Made by a program: the position numbers and the translations under genes. A stretch of DNA of 64,000 nt from Macrostomum lignano (taxonomy: Eukaryota), in the NCBI GenBank assembly GCA_002269645.1, contig NIVC01001165.1, forward strand, positions 1-64,000. Reading direction: 5' to 3'. The notes beneath the pieces were generated by a model. The model ran no database searches. It was not told the DNA's origin and saw only the letters and a list, made by a program, of their open reading frames with translations. This document shows positions 10,730-50,195 of this stretch, in pieces (the stretch's first letter is position 1; each line of letters starts with the position of its first letter).

Positions 10730-11115
10730 TAGGATTGATTGTTCTGAACACACTCTCCAGGGGTAAAACTATAAAGCGACAGATTTAAGACTTAGCAAAA
10801 ACGAATGTTTTTTACATTCCCACAGTCAACTGCGTGGGAGATTCGTAAAACGAGCATACAGTCATGCGTTTGTGAACATCAAAAAAACAATGAGATACAA
10901 GCTTAAATGGCATAAATATGGGATTTACAGCTTCAACTGTCATATACGAGCTACTTTTTCTTATAATGCTTTTCTTACATTAAGCCGAAATGCTACGACA
11001 GGACATTCTAGCTGCAACAGCTTTCTTGGGCGTCTTAAGCACCGAGTGACTTTGCTTGTTGCACGTGCCTTCTGAAAGACTGCCATCAGTCCTGCTTGAC
11101 ATACGAGCTATTCGT

Positions 11116-16538
<5,423 letters not shown>

Positions 16539-17689
16539 TCTCTGCGCCGGAAACTGCGCCGCTGCAGTCTTGCTGAACTGTCAAGCAGCTCCTGCCTTTC
16601 ACGACACATTAATTTATTGCCTGCACTGCTACCATATAAAAGGTTATTCTTCAAGCACGGCGTTGAGGTGTGGGGGTGGGGAGGTTGGGGTCTGCAGCCC
16701 TACGTGAAATTGAGCTAGCTGTACGTTGATATTTGAATGTACATGCTTTTGACAAGCCCTACTGGTGTCTAACCGCCAAGCCAGCCCCCCCCCAGCAGCC
16801 GCTGTGCTGTACACTGATATGATAGCGTGCGCGAAAATTCGTATGGTGTAGAGGAAGCTACATATAGTGTTATTTTTCTGTCCAACTGCAATCGCTATTC
16901 TGATTTATAATAGCCGTGCCATGAAAAAGCAGCATGCACTGCACTGCTTTGCTTTCTATTAAAAAGGGGCACACGATGCGTGACAGTTATGGAATCTTAT
17001 GAATTATTGTCACAGATCATGCAGTGATCTGCTTAAAGTTCCTAACCTAAACCAAACCTAATTTCCTTTTGCTTTTGAACTAGTCATGATCACTTTTGTA
17101 GTTTTTTTAGTTGAGTTTCTTATTGAAGATGAAGTTTAAAGAAAAAAAGAATCAGTCCTGAAAGCCATGCAGCTATCAGGACGGCCTAAGATATCAGCAT
17201 CCCTTTTGAGCCTCCCTTAAGCCATAGCTGAATCCTAGTAGCTCTCCTTTAAGTTGATGGCTCAATCGCCTAAAATATGTTGTAAATTCCCCGCTTTGTC
17301 AGCCTTGTATAACTTGTATAACAGCCTTCTTGCGAAATTCTACATATGTACCTGTGCTATTTGTACACGTACTACTGTGGTAAATGTACATCTTTATACA
17401 AGTGCTGACTGTACATTCTGCAGCTGCCCCAGTCCTTGGCAGGCGCAAATACTGCATGGCCCTCGCAGGGTCAACCAAGGGATGTTACATGTAGATGCGT
17501 AGGTCAATTCTGGTTATTGTCTTTGTATAGATTTCGAGAAAGGCAGCACACCTTCCACAGACTACAATTTAACAAAAATTAGAGATAAACGTCACAATAA
17601 ATTTTAGGAATGCTACTTCGCTTTAGGAATGCAAAGAATAAGAATATAATTGCAAACATTTGCATTCTTTACAATTTATATTGTTGACG

Positions 17690-18610
17690 AATATTATGAC
17701 GAAAATATTTTATTTATTTTATTCACATGTTTCGCTGTAACTTTCAGCATCGTCAGGTGACAATATTTTGTAATAATTTGAAGGTAATAAAATGAAAGTA
17801 CGGGCCAGGAGTTTAAAATGAGGTTTAAGTAGCCGTAGAATAGTCAAAAAATTCTAAGAATAGAACTAGCCCCCCTTCCTGTCAGTTGTACATTCAGGGT
17901 ATGCTTTAACTGCTTGATGTACAGGGCTTCCAACACATTTAGTTTGTGGTGGTGTTGAATCCGATCAATAATTTTAAACTTTTTATCATGTTTGATGTCG
18001 GCACACGCGTTACACATTAGCAGATGGTCATGAATCGCGCTAGCCTTCTTGCGGTGTTCCTCGATCCTAGTGTACAGGTGTCGATCAGTCTTACCGATGT
18101 ACGATCTGGCTCTGCTCGCAGCAGGGCAAACAGATTGATAGACGACACCAGCACACATGGAGGGTAGTTTGCTTTTTAGGCTTGTCACAAAATTGGCCAC
18201 CTTTTGAGTAGTGAAGATAACATCAATGCGCGTATCGAGACAGTCACGGCAGATATCAGTCAGCTTTTTTTAAATTTAGTACTTGGCATTCCTATGTACG
18301 GAATACTGATGGTTGGTTTCCTTTCGGTAGAGTTAGAGTTAGTAACATTCTGTTCTTTGGTAACTTTCTTATTGATGAAGGCATTAATCTCTGAGTTGAT
18401 CAGGTCGTTTGGGTACTGGTTTTTGTCAGGATCTTTGATCTTAGTTAATTCCTGGTGTAGCTTAGACCAGTTGCTGCAAATGTTGTAGGCACGATGCAAC
18501 ATGCCTCGGATCAATTACTCAGCTTCCAGCTTTTCGGGCACAGCGCCTGGAAATTTAGCAGTGCACTCCAGTAAACGTAGGTTTTCTGTAGACCGTTCAC
18601 CAAACGTCAC
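17690..18610 (-). mobile_element. 5'-truncated Penelope-like retroelement (RT thumb/linker plus GIY-YIG endonuclease)
   Basis: VYRKPTFTG remnant at about 18570-18595; IRGMLHRAYNICS...YP (18260-18514); GVVYQ...SYIGKTDRHLYTRIEEH...LEALYIK...LN (17844-18200). Confidence 0.88.
17721..17765 (-). ncRNA. Minimal type I hammerhead ribozyme-like motif (degenerate at the cleavage site)
   Basis: CTGACGA-T-GCTG-AAAGTTA-CAGC-GAAAC-ATGT in the 3' UTR of the Penelope-like element; the cleavage triplet reads GUG as assembled. Confidence 0.6.
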
Positions 18611-19179
18611 AATAGTTGCTTGATTTTCTTTTTTATCGATTTATTGATCTGAATAAATTTGTATCTGAAATTTCCTACTTAACAGTAGAAGCAGTAGTTT
18701 ATGTAAATTTTCAGTCTTTAATTGGTGATTTCTTGAAGATGTCTTAAACATGACATCTCACAAAAGTCAATTTTAAGTCATCTTGAAGACAACTTCGTCA
18801 GGATGGCTTGTGGAAGCAAAGTTAAAGATACTTTGAACTTGTCTTGAAGTGTCTTTAGCCATCTTAAGACAATTATAAGATGTCTTAAGACAACTTCTTT
18901 TTGATCGGGCCCCGGCCCCTTGGTAGTTCGACGGACGGAAAACTACTGCTATTACATGTAAACATTTTTTTGTTTAGAGGCAGGGGGTTGTGTGCACCCT
19001 GGCGCACTTTAAGCGACATAGGCACACAACCGGCGAGAGGCATTATACTGCCCATTCCGCCGACTCCCCTGAGCAGGCACACAAGCGCGCGGATACGTAC
19101 ATGTACGCAGGCACACACTCACACAGGAGTGTATACAGCGGCCCTAACTAAATTTTATCGTTAGGCATGTACACTTCAC

Positions 19180-19336
19180 TGCGCCTTGGGGGGTTGGCTC
19201 TCAAGGCCGTTAATTGCACGAGCAGAGCCAAGCCGAGATTCCAATTCAGCCCCAAATTAATGTGACTGCACTTGGAATCGAGCCTGGGTCGCTGGCACAC
19301 CAGAGCCTGCGCTAGACCGCTGGGCTACGGCCTCCC
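19180..19336 (-). mobile_element. tRNA-derived SINE
   Basis: GGGAGGCCG-TAGCCCAGCGG (A box) ... GGCTCGATTCC (B box), followed by a non-tRNA tail. Confidence 0.6.
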
Positions 19337-19389
19337 AATTACATGTAAACATAGTTTCGAAGCGACCTGCTACTGCTACTCCGTCGATG

Positions 19390-19480
19390 GATCTTGCTGG
19401 ACCTCTGCACCCGTCGTGACCGGGAGTCAGTCGACAGGTTGAAGCCGGCAGTTATCGATGCAGCCGGCCTGGTCGGCCGT
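19390..19480 (+). pseudogene. Gypsy integrase C-terminal remnant
   Basis: Reads RRDRESVDRLKPAV, matching the common SIDRLKPA integrase tail motif; short and isolated. Confidence 0.35.
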
Positions 19481-22400
19481 CGCTAGGGCTTCGACCGAAA
19501 GGCCGTCCACCAAACGAGACGCATCCAGTGGCGATTCCTGCCCCATCCGATGACTCTCAGTCCTCCACTCGACGTGCCGCTTCGCCGGTGCCGTCCGACT
19601 TTCTTCACATGGCTTTCGGTGCTGGGGGAGCTCTGTGGCGGTGCACAGCCGGGATCGAGAACTTAGGGCGTTCGCACGCAGGCTCCAGCACGCCTGGCTG
19701 GTGGGGTGACGATCCACCCAGCCAGCCAGCTTGATGTGTCGTCTAGGGAAATGACTCACGCTTCTGTGTGCGCACCTCCCTACGAGTGCTATGCCTGATT
19801 TCCCATTACAATGTAACGATCTATAAGAACTTTGTCCGACAAAATAAACGGTACCCTTTTCTCTCGCACCCTTCTCTTGATAGCCTCTAAAATATATATA
19901 TATATATATACTGTATATATATATATTAAATTTTATGCTCGTTCATAACAGCTAGGTTTCATTACGATCTTGTGCCATTAATTTTGCTAGGCATTTTTCG
20001 CTTGATAGAAAACGATTATTATTACATGCATACCCACATGTAATGCAGATCGATGTTGTAATATTTGACCTTGTCACGTTATTGGCGTAGCGGCCAGCTA
20101 TGCGACGACCCTTAAAAGGGCCGTTTTAGTCCCAAAATAAGTTGAAGTCAATTCTTGTAAAGCGGATTTTGTAGCGGAGCACTTGGCGATAAGGCAGGAA
20201 CTGCCGTAGTTGGTTTTATTGGTAGTATATCAATACGGGGCTTGGTTAGAAGTTATATCAATAAACAAACGATAGCTTTCTGGGCACTGGCGGCTGCAAC
20301 AATGGTTTCTTTGAAGATAAACGGTCGCGAGAGAGGATAGCAAAATATACAGTGAATTAGAAATTGCCACAAAATCGTTGGGCATTACTACAAGTAAACG
20401 TCGCAATAAACAAATGGAAAAGTTTAGTTGAAACGGTGAAACTGAAGGGTTGAAACTATAGGGAAACAGCAGTCCAATGGCCCTTTTCGGGACCACCTTA
20501 AACTGACAACGTCACAACCTGTTTTGGATAAATGACAATTTTTCGTGTCCCAGGTACCTGGGTTTAAAAATTCTAAATTGTAGCCAATCAAAATATAGCC
20601 AACGTGCATGTAACGCGCTGTTGAGAGGTTTATTAAAGTTCGTCTCGATCGAAAACATCTAAAACATCTTGAGCCGCTTTACGCTTTTGCAGGGTAAATA
20701 GTCAAGTCACCCTTGAAATAAAAGGTTTGAGCTGCACGTTGCGCGTAAATTCGATCAGGTACGAGCCTCATTCGAGCTGCAGCGATCTCGCCCTTGCTTT
20801 TTTCAATTAACGAATATGTGCGACTGTGTTGTTAATTCTAATTTTTTGGCAATAAATGTTTTTTTGGATGTGTATCGATCAGTAGAAGTATTTAAGATCA
20901 GTCCATGAAATTGCATTCTGTGTTTGTTATTACTCGATCCTGCCTGATTCATTCAAATTGTATACATGTAACTCTCTTGTAGTTTAAAATGTTCTATTTG
21001 GTTTGTAAATATATTATAGACTAAATATATTGTTCTAATATATTAATCCACACGCAACCATATGCACCCTCCCCACCAGCCGCCAACCCCGACACGCAAA
21101 GGCTAAACAACACATGATGCTTATTTATTTCTAAATCGCATTTTTCATTGCGTGGCATATAGAATTTTCTGTTCTAAAAACCCGAACCAATGGGCCGGTA
21201 TAAAGTACAAATAGAGTTATTTCTTTATAGTTAAACCCTCAAATGGTTATTTTTTAGCGCGGATAATCTGGTTGACTAGATTTTCGCAGATTTGTCCGGC
21301 TTTTCAATGTCCTCGTAGTTTCGTTATTACATTTAAAAAGTTTTTTAAACACACTTTTTTCTGCGAACTGTTCACGTGGCTGAGTCAGACAGAAGGCTGA
21401 CACATCGATTTAACTATAGTCCAGTTCTTCTCGCTACTGCAAAGCGTTTGGTTAATAGATTAGCTTGTTACTTTAATAAATGTACTAATTAATGTACAGT
21501 GCTTCTTTAAACTCATGCGAATCCATTTACCGCCGTCAAGCTTTTAGTGGCATTGGGAAAATTTTATTCAACTGCTCAGAGCCTCAGTGCTCACTCTCAG
21601 TTCTTTCACCTGCGTTCAGCTCAGGGAAGGGCCAGAATCGAGACCTACGCTCCGCCGGAACACTTGCCTGTCGTATATTGAGCGTTTTGGACAGCATTAG
21701 GGGTCTATAAATCCATAGAGATTTCGATATGCAATTTTTCGTCATACAAAATCTGCTTATTTTTCTTAGTGTATATTCTATTGCAGCGAGAGTAACAACT
21801 ACAAATGTTAATTTTTTTAATGACTACTACTTTGTTCTCACTTCCAATGCAAATGAAAGCTTTGGATTCTCTATGGCACCATATGAGAAAAATGGAATAA
21901 TTTCGTGAGTTTATTTATTTATTTATTGCTTTCTTTTCCTACATACTAAAAATTCTGGACTAAATGCCTTTATGTGGTAATTTGATTTTAAATTTAATGT
22001 TAGTTAGCCTAGATATTATTTAACTCTTCTTTCACTACATTTTTATGAAATTAAGCATGGATTGACAATGCTTCATACACATCAAATAGGCATTCCTTCA
22101 GTTTATGATAATTGAAAATTGGGATAATCCTCATTAAAAAAGATATAAATAAGAAAACAAAACATGTATCATTTTCATCATATATCAAACCAATAATCCA
22201 AAGTCACTAAAATCTCTATTTTTCAGTTATCAAAGGATCCAATGTCAAATACATATAGAATGAAATGATACAAAGAGATAGTAAAATGTTTATATTGTGC
22301 AAGTGTTTGTTGAAAAGGATCCTATATATCCAGTTCAGTTTACGATCATTTAATTTAAATGAGATAAATATATATAAATAATTTTATCTTTTACAATAAT

Positions 22401-23912
22401 TTTTTAGTGAAAGTCAATAATTGTAAAATACTTTTGCAGTGACCATTTTGTCTAAATCTAGCCATTTTGGCAAACAATTGTTGATATATTAATCTAACCT
22501 TTATTAGCAAAGAAGGAAGAGTTTTTTGTTGTTTTAGAAAAAAATCAAATTGAAAAGAGACAAAATTTAAAAAGACTATATTGTCATATGTTTTTTGTGG
22601 CAAATTTATTATTTGATTAGTAAACTTTGTTTTATTAGGTGCCATTTTGTTATAGTAGGTTTTCAAAGTACAATTTAGGAGCTGGAACTGAAAGACCCCA
22701 CCATCATTTATAGTCTATTGATTGCACTTTGCATTTACATAACATAGCTATTAGCTAAGTTGTAAGGTTTTTAATTTATAAACTGAAAAACTGAAAAGCA
22801 AGGTAGTCAATGAATAATTTTTTAAAAGCTACAGTTACCATAGTGATATATTTGCAATTATAATTTAATAAATAGCCTACTATTTTTGCCAAACTGGTCA
22901 TGTTCTTTTGCTAAAATGTACATCTATATGAACTAAAATTTCACTTTCACCAAAGTATCTTTTGCCAAAAATTCCTTTTTCAAAATGGGCCACACCTGAT
23001 TATAAAATGGCAAATGGCAAAATGACTAAGAACCCTTAAGCTGACAATAATTTATTCTTATAGAGGAATAAGAATCCTTTTAGGCAAGCTATTGATATAT
23101 TTTATATATTAAGTTTTTGTATTAGCTCTATATTATTTGTTATATTTTATGGTTTAATAATTAAATATAATGGATAACTAATAATTAGTAGATATGTAAT
23201 TTTATGGAAATTATTTAAAATGTAGAAGCCGATAAACACTTTATATGCTATACTATATACTATATATAATGCCAATAAAAACCTTAATATTTGCTAGGAT
23301 TTTTTAATAAAACTCTGTCTTGGTATACTAAGGCTAAAGTGTCTAAAGGAGAAAAGAAGATTGGCTTTATCAGGCATGCCAACAGATATACTTTTGCATT
23401 TTGTCTAATATACATAACAAAACCATTTAGACCACCTACTGCAGTTATTTCTTGGCTATAATAGTAATGAAAGTATTAAAAAACATATTCTAAAAGCAAG
23501 TCATGTCAGACTAGTTTAGTTAATTAGTTACTTAGTGAGTAAGCTAGTTAGTTACTAGCAATCTATACTCTTATTGGGGAGCAAACAAAAAAGGAATTAA
23601 TATTTTATAGTAGTTATCTGGCCTTATAGTACTTAAAAACTTAAGAGCCTCCTTTGCTTTTGCTCCTAGTGCAATTTTAAAAATAAGAAGAAATAAAAAA
23701 GTGTAGTAATTTCCCAGTTGTGTCTAAAACAAGTTTATATTTGGTTTTAATAGTGTGGGTTCACATTCCTAAACTGCTATTCCAATTAGTAAATGTATAC
23801 ATAGGGGAATGCTTATTTCTTAGTTTCGACATGTTGCATATTTTTTTACTACAAATTATGTTGGTTGGTCATGCAATGTTGTAAAGTCTCAACCATTCAC
23901 CCCCACACAAAG

Positions 23913-44747
<20,835 letters not shown>

Positions 44748-44756
44748 GAGCTGCGG

Positions 44757-45180
44757 CTGACCCACCGCCTGACTCACTGACCCCTGTCTGACTCACCGAC
44801 TGATCCCGGCCTGACTCACTGACCCAGTCTGACTCATCAGCTGACCCAGTCTGACTCATCAGCTGACCCAGTCTGACTCATCAGCTGACCCAGTCTGACT
44901 CATCAGCTGACCCAGTCTGACTCATCAGCTGACCCAGTCTGACTCATCAGCTGACCCAGTCTGACTCATCAGCTGACCCAGTCTGACTCATCAGCTGACC
45001 CAGCCTGACTCATCAGCTGACCCAGTCTGACTCATCAGCTGACCCAGTCTGACTCATCAGCTGACCCAGCCTGACTCATCAGCTGACCTAGTCTGACTCA
45101 TCAGCTGACCCAGCCTGACTCACTGATCGACCCATGTTTGACAAACCGACTCAATCCGGTCTGACTCATCAGCTGACTTC
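44757..45180 (+). repeat. 22-bp minisatellite in the integrin 3' region (~15 copies)
   Basis: Unit CTGACTCATCAGCTGACCCAGT, starting about 10 nt after the stop codon. Confidence 0.93.
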
Positions 45181-45393
45181 CCAGCTTCACCTGAGCTAAT
45201 TAGGTCAGCCGCCGTCGGTGACGCAGCCAGTCGCGGCCTCATCAATGTCAGCCAATTAGTTTTTCAGATGAAATTCTACATTTGAATGCAGTTCAAATCG
45301 CATCAGTTTCAGTCAGTCAAGTGCAAATGCAAACTTTCCTAGTGCTTATTACACATTACCGGCTCTTTCCATATTAATATTAATTTATTATAA

Positions 45394-46151
45394 TCTATAT
45401 ATAAATAAAGCTGCTGCTTCTGTGGAGAACAGCAACTCCGCTAGCGCTTGCTGCTTTCGCTGCATTTCCCGCTCTCTTCTGATAGCTTTTAATTCCAAGT
45501 CTGCGCAGTCCCAGTCACGTTTAGCACAATTTCATGTGGTTTTTTTGTGTGAAATGCTATTTTTACAGGTATTCTGTGGGCCTATGTGCCTACAGTACTA
45601 CTTGTAGCCGATTGTGTGAGTAGTAGTATTATTTGCTAAATTCATGCCAAACTAATCTAAAGCAGTACCTGCCGCTTCTTTGCACTGTCCGCTTCGCACA
45701 GTCCCGAGCAGCAAATTGAGCTCAGCGCTTTGGCGGCTGAGAGAGCCGGCTTGAGCAGCTAAATTGGTGAAATCAGTCAGCTGTTTGCATGCCAATAGAG
45801 TCCCGAGTCAGGTCCCATCTAGCCTGTGCAATATCAACCATGTGCTCGATTGTTTTGCATTCAATTTTTTAATTTGCTTGTTTTTAGTCTGGCCCAGCGG
45901 CCTCAAACTGTGCTGTTGCTTTCCCTTGCCCGCCTTCTTGGATAAATTTATCCTTAGTAGCAATACTGTGCTGTTGTGCTGATTGCAGTAATGCGTCTGC
46001 AATACTCCATGCCGATCCTTCAGATTCTAAACTCATCTCTTCTCATCTGTCTGTCTGTATGCCTGCCTGCCTGCCTGCCTGTCTATCTGTCTGTCTGTCT
46101 GCCTGCCTGTCTGTCTGTCTGCCTGCCTGCCTGCCTGCCTGTCTGCCTGCC

Positions 46152-46184
<33 letters not shown>

Positions 46185-46318
46185 GCCTGCCTGCCTGTCT
46201 ATCTGTCTGCCTGCCTGCCTGCCTGCCTGTCTGTCTGCCTGCCTGCCTGCCTGCCTGTCTGCCTGCCTGCCTGCCTGCCTGCCTGTCTGTCTGTCTGCCT
46301 GCCTGCCTGCCTATCTGT

Positions 46319-46355
<37 letters not shown>

Positions 46356-46455
46356 TGTCTGCCTGCCTGTCTGTCTGCCTGCCTGTCTGTCTGCCTGTCT
46401 GTCTGCCTGCCTGTCTGTCTGCCTGCCTGCCTGCCTGCCTGCCTGTCTGCCTGCC

Positions 46456-46490
<35 letters not shown>

Positions 46491-46643
46491 GTGTCTGTCT
46501 GTCTGTCTGTCTGTCTGCCTGCCTGCCTGCCTGTCTGTCTGTCTGTCTGTGTGCCTGTCTGTCTGTCTGTCTGTCTGTCTGTCTGCCTGCCTGCCTGTCT
46601 GTCTGTCTGTCTGTCTGTGTGCCTGTCTGTCTGTCTGTCTGTG

Positions 46644-46678
<35 letters not shown>

Positions 46679-47549
46679 GTCTGCCTGTCTGTCTGTCTGT
46701 CTGTCTTTCTGTCTGTCTGTCTGTCTGTCTGTGTCTGTCTGTCTGTCTGTGTGTCTATCTCTCTGCCTCCCATATCACTTTCATGATTCTATTTGCAGAA
46801 TGAATAGCAATTTTACAACCAATAATTCAATCAAAGTTACTTGTGCTAAAGTGCGCAAAAGTCACCGCAGTGTTAATTGTGCCGTGCAATTTCAATACAG
46901 AAGCATTGTCGGCTGCTTGTATTTATTTTATTTTAAAATTAAGGAGCGCAGTGTACTCAATAGTGATTGGCATGCACCAGCTTTCACAGCGGCATTCCAG
47001 TGTTGACATGTGCAGACAAATGGTCCCTCTGTATTCCCGTGTGCTGCTCCTGGCCCTGTGGCTTCTGTCTGTGTTGCTGAATGAATTTGATTCATTTTGT
47101 AAATCATTTTATAAACTAAGCATGTATTTGTTTAGGACCTGTTTTTTAATATCTAAGATGGAAAATGTGAAAATGTGAAATATGTCACTTGAATAGTTAT
47201 TGCTTTTGCAGCATTCAGTTACATGTAAAATATTTTATCAATGCCAATTGTGCTTGCAGTTATAACATATGCATATATAATTATGTAATTATACCGGCAC
47301 TGTTCGGCTTTTCAACCTACTCCAGCCTTGTGCAGGCTCCGTGTCTGTCTGTACATTCTATTCGCGGAATACATGGCATGAGACTGTGCTGCTTGCTGCC
47401 TCAAACTTTGATTTTATTCTATTCGACAGCCACTGTTTGGGTAATAAATATTGCTCAAGTGTGCCACCGCTTTGCTGAGTTGTTGTGTAGATTTTTCTAC
47501 TTCAGATCGATCGTATCGTCAGGGTAGACGGGGTTGAATGGATTGCTAG
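45394..47549 (+). mobile_element. Candidate non-autonomous Helitron
   Basis: A|TCTATATATAAATAAAG 5' end and GATTGCTAG|T 3' end (same last 9 nt as Helitron H1); weak CGTC/GACG hairpin upstream of the end; internal microsatellite. Confidence 0.4.
46045..46760 (+). repeat. (CTGC/CTGT)n microsatellite
   Basis: Long tetramer run. Confidence 0.95.
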
Positions 47550-47607
47550 TCTAGCCCATGAGTACATGTGAGGAGCACCTGAACTTCCCGCTAAATAGTA
47601 TAGCTTT

Positions 47608-47668
47608 TCTGTCTGTCTGTCTGCCTGTCTGTCTGTCTGCCTGTCTGTCTGTCTGTCTGCCTGCCTGT

Positions 47669-47713
<45 letters not shown>

Positions 47714-47869
47714 TGCCTGCCTGCCTGCCTGCCTGCCAGCCTGCCTGTCTGTCTGCCTGCCTGTCTGTCTGTCTGCCTGCCTGCCTGCCTGTCTGTCTGC
47801 CTGCCTGTCTGTCTGCCTGCCTGCCTGTCTGCCTGTCTGCCTGTCTGTCTGTCTGTCTGTCTGTCTGTG

Positions 47870-47901
<32 letters not shown>

Positions 47902-48043
47902 AGTGTCTGTCTGCCTGCCTGCCTGCTTGTCTGCCTGTCTGCCTGCCTGTCTGCCTGTCTGCCTGCCTGCCTGCCTGTCTGCCTGCCTGCCTGCCTGCCT
48001 GCCTGTCTGCCTGCCTGCCTGCCTGCCTGCCTGTCTGTCTGCC

Positions 48044-48100
<57 letters not shown>
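47608..48100 (+). repeat. (CTGC/CTGT)n microsatellite
   Basis: Long tetramer run. Confidence 0.95.
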
Positions 48101-48104
<4 letters not shown>

Positions 48105-48789
48105 CTTTCTGTGTAACAAGCCGGCAGTGAACTGATGCATGTCAATTCTTCGGGATTTTTGTTTGAGAAAAAATGATTAGGAGTCTGGGTACATCAGAGA
48201 GTCATGCAATGACGCTGTGGCCCCTAACATAGCTTAATCTCCCTAAGTGTTGACTAAGGATTGCGGTCGCGGGATTCCTTGATTATGAACTACGAGCGTA
48301 TAAGCTTGCATATTAATATTGTACAGGTGCAACTTATCATTACAAAGAGACCGAGAGAAAGTGAACTTTACAATGAGATCCTTTTGAAATCTAGGAGTAT
48401 AAAGTAAGGATGGATTGCACGATTGGCGGCATGATTCAGCAAAACAACTCAGCCGCTTCTAACTCGCCCGTACTGACTTGCATGAGCAGACATATGAAGA
48501 AATTAAATTCAGCCAATCAGAGGCGGCAAGGGGTTGTGCAAAATTCAGCTTGTGGTCTGCGTGACTTGCGGGGCTTAAATTAGGGGTGGTGGGTGTGACA
48601 GCACGCAGTGAAACGGCACGGTTGGACGGCTTATCATCCCATATCCCTAACCCTTATCTTGAATCTGATTGGCTGAAAAAACTGCAGTCCGTTGAGCATG
48701 CTGTGTGACATTTTCCATTTAGCCCGACTGGCCTCAGAACCGAAGTAAGCCGAACTTCTGTGGAACTGGATTGCACTGTATGGCAAATT

Positions 48790-49225
48790 CACGCCATTTA
48801 AATCCAGCCCGGCCCCCATAAATAGGGCCGCTCTCAGTTCCCACACCAACTGGAGACAGAGACTGCCCTGGCGGCAGGCTGGTCCGGGGCATTGGGCCAC
48901 GAACGACCGCCTTTTTCTACACTCTGTGTGGCCTGATGGCTGGGTCACGGAGAGCTCCGAGTAGAGACATGCTCAGCTGTTTCTTCCCTAAATCCCCGAC
49001 CCAGCAAGACCCGCCTGACTACACTGTGGGAGGGCGCAAGGCCTAGCGAAGTCTATTATCGCCAAAGACCGCACTACTAGCGCGGCAAGGTCCTTAACCT
49101 GTTCAAGGCGCCTGGGCCCGGCGATGCATCTACCCAGAGTTCTTCCACGGGGCCGTGAAAAAGCATCAATTGGACCTCCTTGGGCTATGTACCAGTTGCA
49201 TGGAGAGAGGCCTGAGTGGTCTTGT
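48790..49225 (+). pseudogene. Degenerate non-LTR (LINE) ORF2 fragment upstream of RT
   Basis: NLFKAPGP, then after a frameshift IYPEFFH...LLGLCTSCMERG, matching the KAPGPDGIxPEF pre-RT motif. Confidence 0.5.
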
Positions 49226-49420
49226 ATCCTGAGGTGAAAAGAAATTTACTTTTAATAGAATTCGCATTTTACCAGGCTAATTTTTTCAATTTTCAACTAC
49301 AGTGTCGCGAGACACCGTTTTCGCTCGCCAAAATTACTCGAAGTATCCAGAGGATTGAAATCAAATGTTCAAGTTTTAAACCTGCAACGCATAAAATTAT
49401 CAACTACGAGCGTATTAGGT

Positions 49421-49893
49421 CGTATGAATAAACTGAGCAAATGCTCTGAGTCCGAGCAAATGCAACAATTCAGTATGAATAAGCAAAAAACTCAGACTCA
49501 GAGTAATTGCTCAGCCGCTTGAGCAGCAGCTTGACTGCTTTAGGCTTGAGTTCACTTGAATCTTGACCATAGACTAGGACTTCCATGTGAAAAGAAGAGC
49601 CTGATTAAAGCAATAGCAAGAGATTTCTTACAAGAGAAAAAATGGAAACAGTGGCTTTTACCGGCTGAGTCAGCTTTAGAGCTGCCTCAGCGTTTTTTGA
49701 GCAAATGCTCCGCTCTTTTGTCTATGACCATGTTTTTATTCTTACTGACTGGAGCAATTGCTCTGCAGCCGAGAACTTTCTCAGGAATCTGAGAAAATAC
49801 TCTGGAGTATTTGCCTCTGAGTAAGAGCTCAGCTTATTCTTACTGACCTGAGCATTTGCTTGAGTTTGAGCATTTGCTTAGTTTATTCATACG
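49421..49893. mobile_element. MITE with ~27-bp TIRs
   Basis: CGTATGAATAAACTGAGCAAATGCTC at the left; its reverse complement GAGCATTTGCTTAGTTTATTCATACG at the right (1 mismatch); internal GAGCAAATGC subrepeats. Confidence 0.65.
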
Positions 49894-50195
49894 GATAGAT
49901 AGAGTCAATTATTTTTATTCAAAGAAGATCGCTATAAATGCAGAATTTTTAGGCAAGGGTGTCGCGGCTACGCGGGCGGCGCGCGCGATTGGTTTATACA
50001 GATGTGTCCAGATCGAGAGGATTGTATGTCCAAGAAAAGCAGCGCCCCTACAAGTACGGCCAGCAGTCCCTATTGGTTGTCTCTCCTTATGAAGATGAAT
50101 TAAAGTTTTACAGGCCGTCAGTCTCCTACAAGACTGAAATCGAGACACCCGATACTGCCCTGCACTGCACTGTTAAAAACAGATTTTAAGCGACC

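Noticed and set aside
18735-18897. Short inverted repeat GAAGATGTCTTAA / TTAAGACAACTTC as a MITE
   Set aside because: Only 12 of 13 bp match, in AT-rich sequence with internal repeats; no TSD.
21515-21710. Candidate first (signal-peptide) exon of the integrin
   Set aside because: A hydrophobic stretch and an RFG motif occur in different frames, with stops and no good phase-2 donor; cannot be supported.
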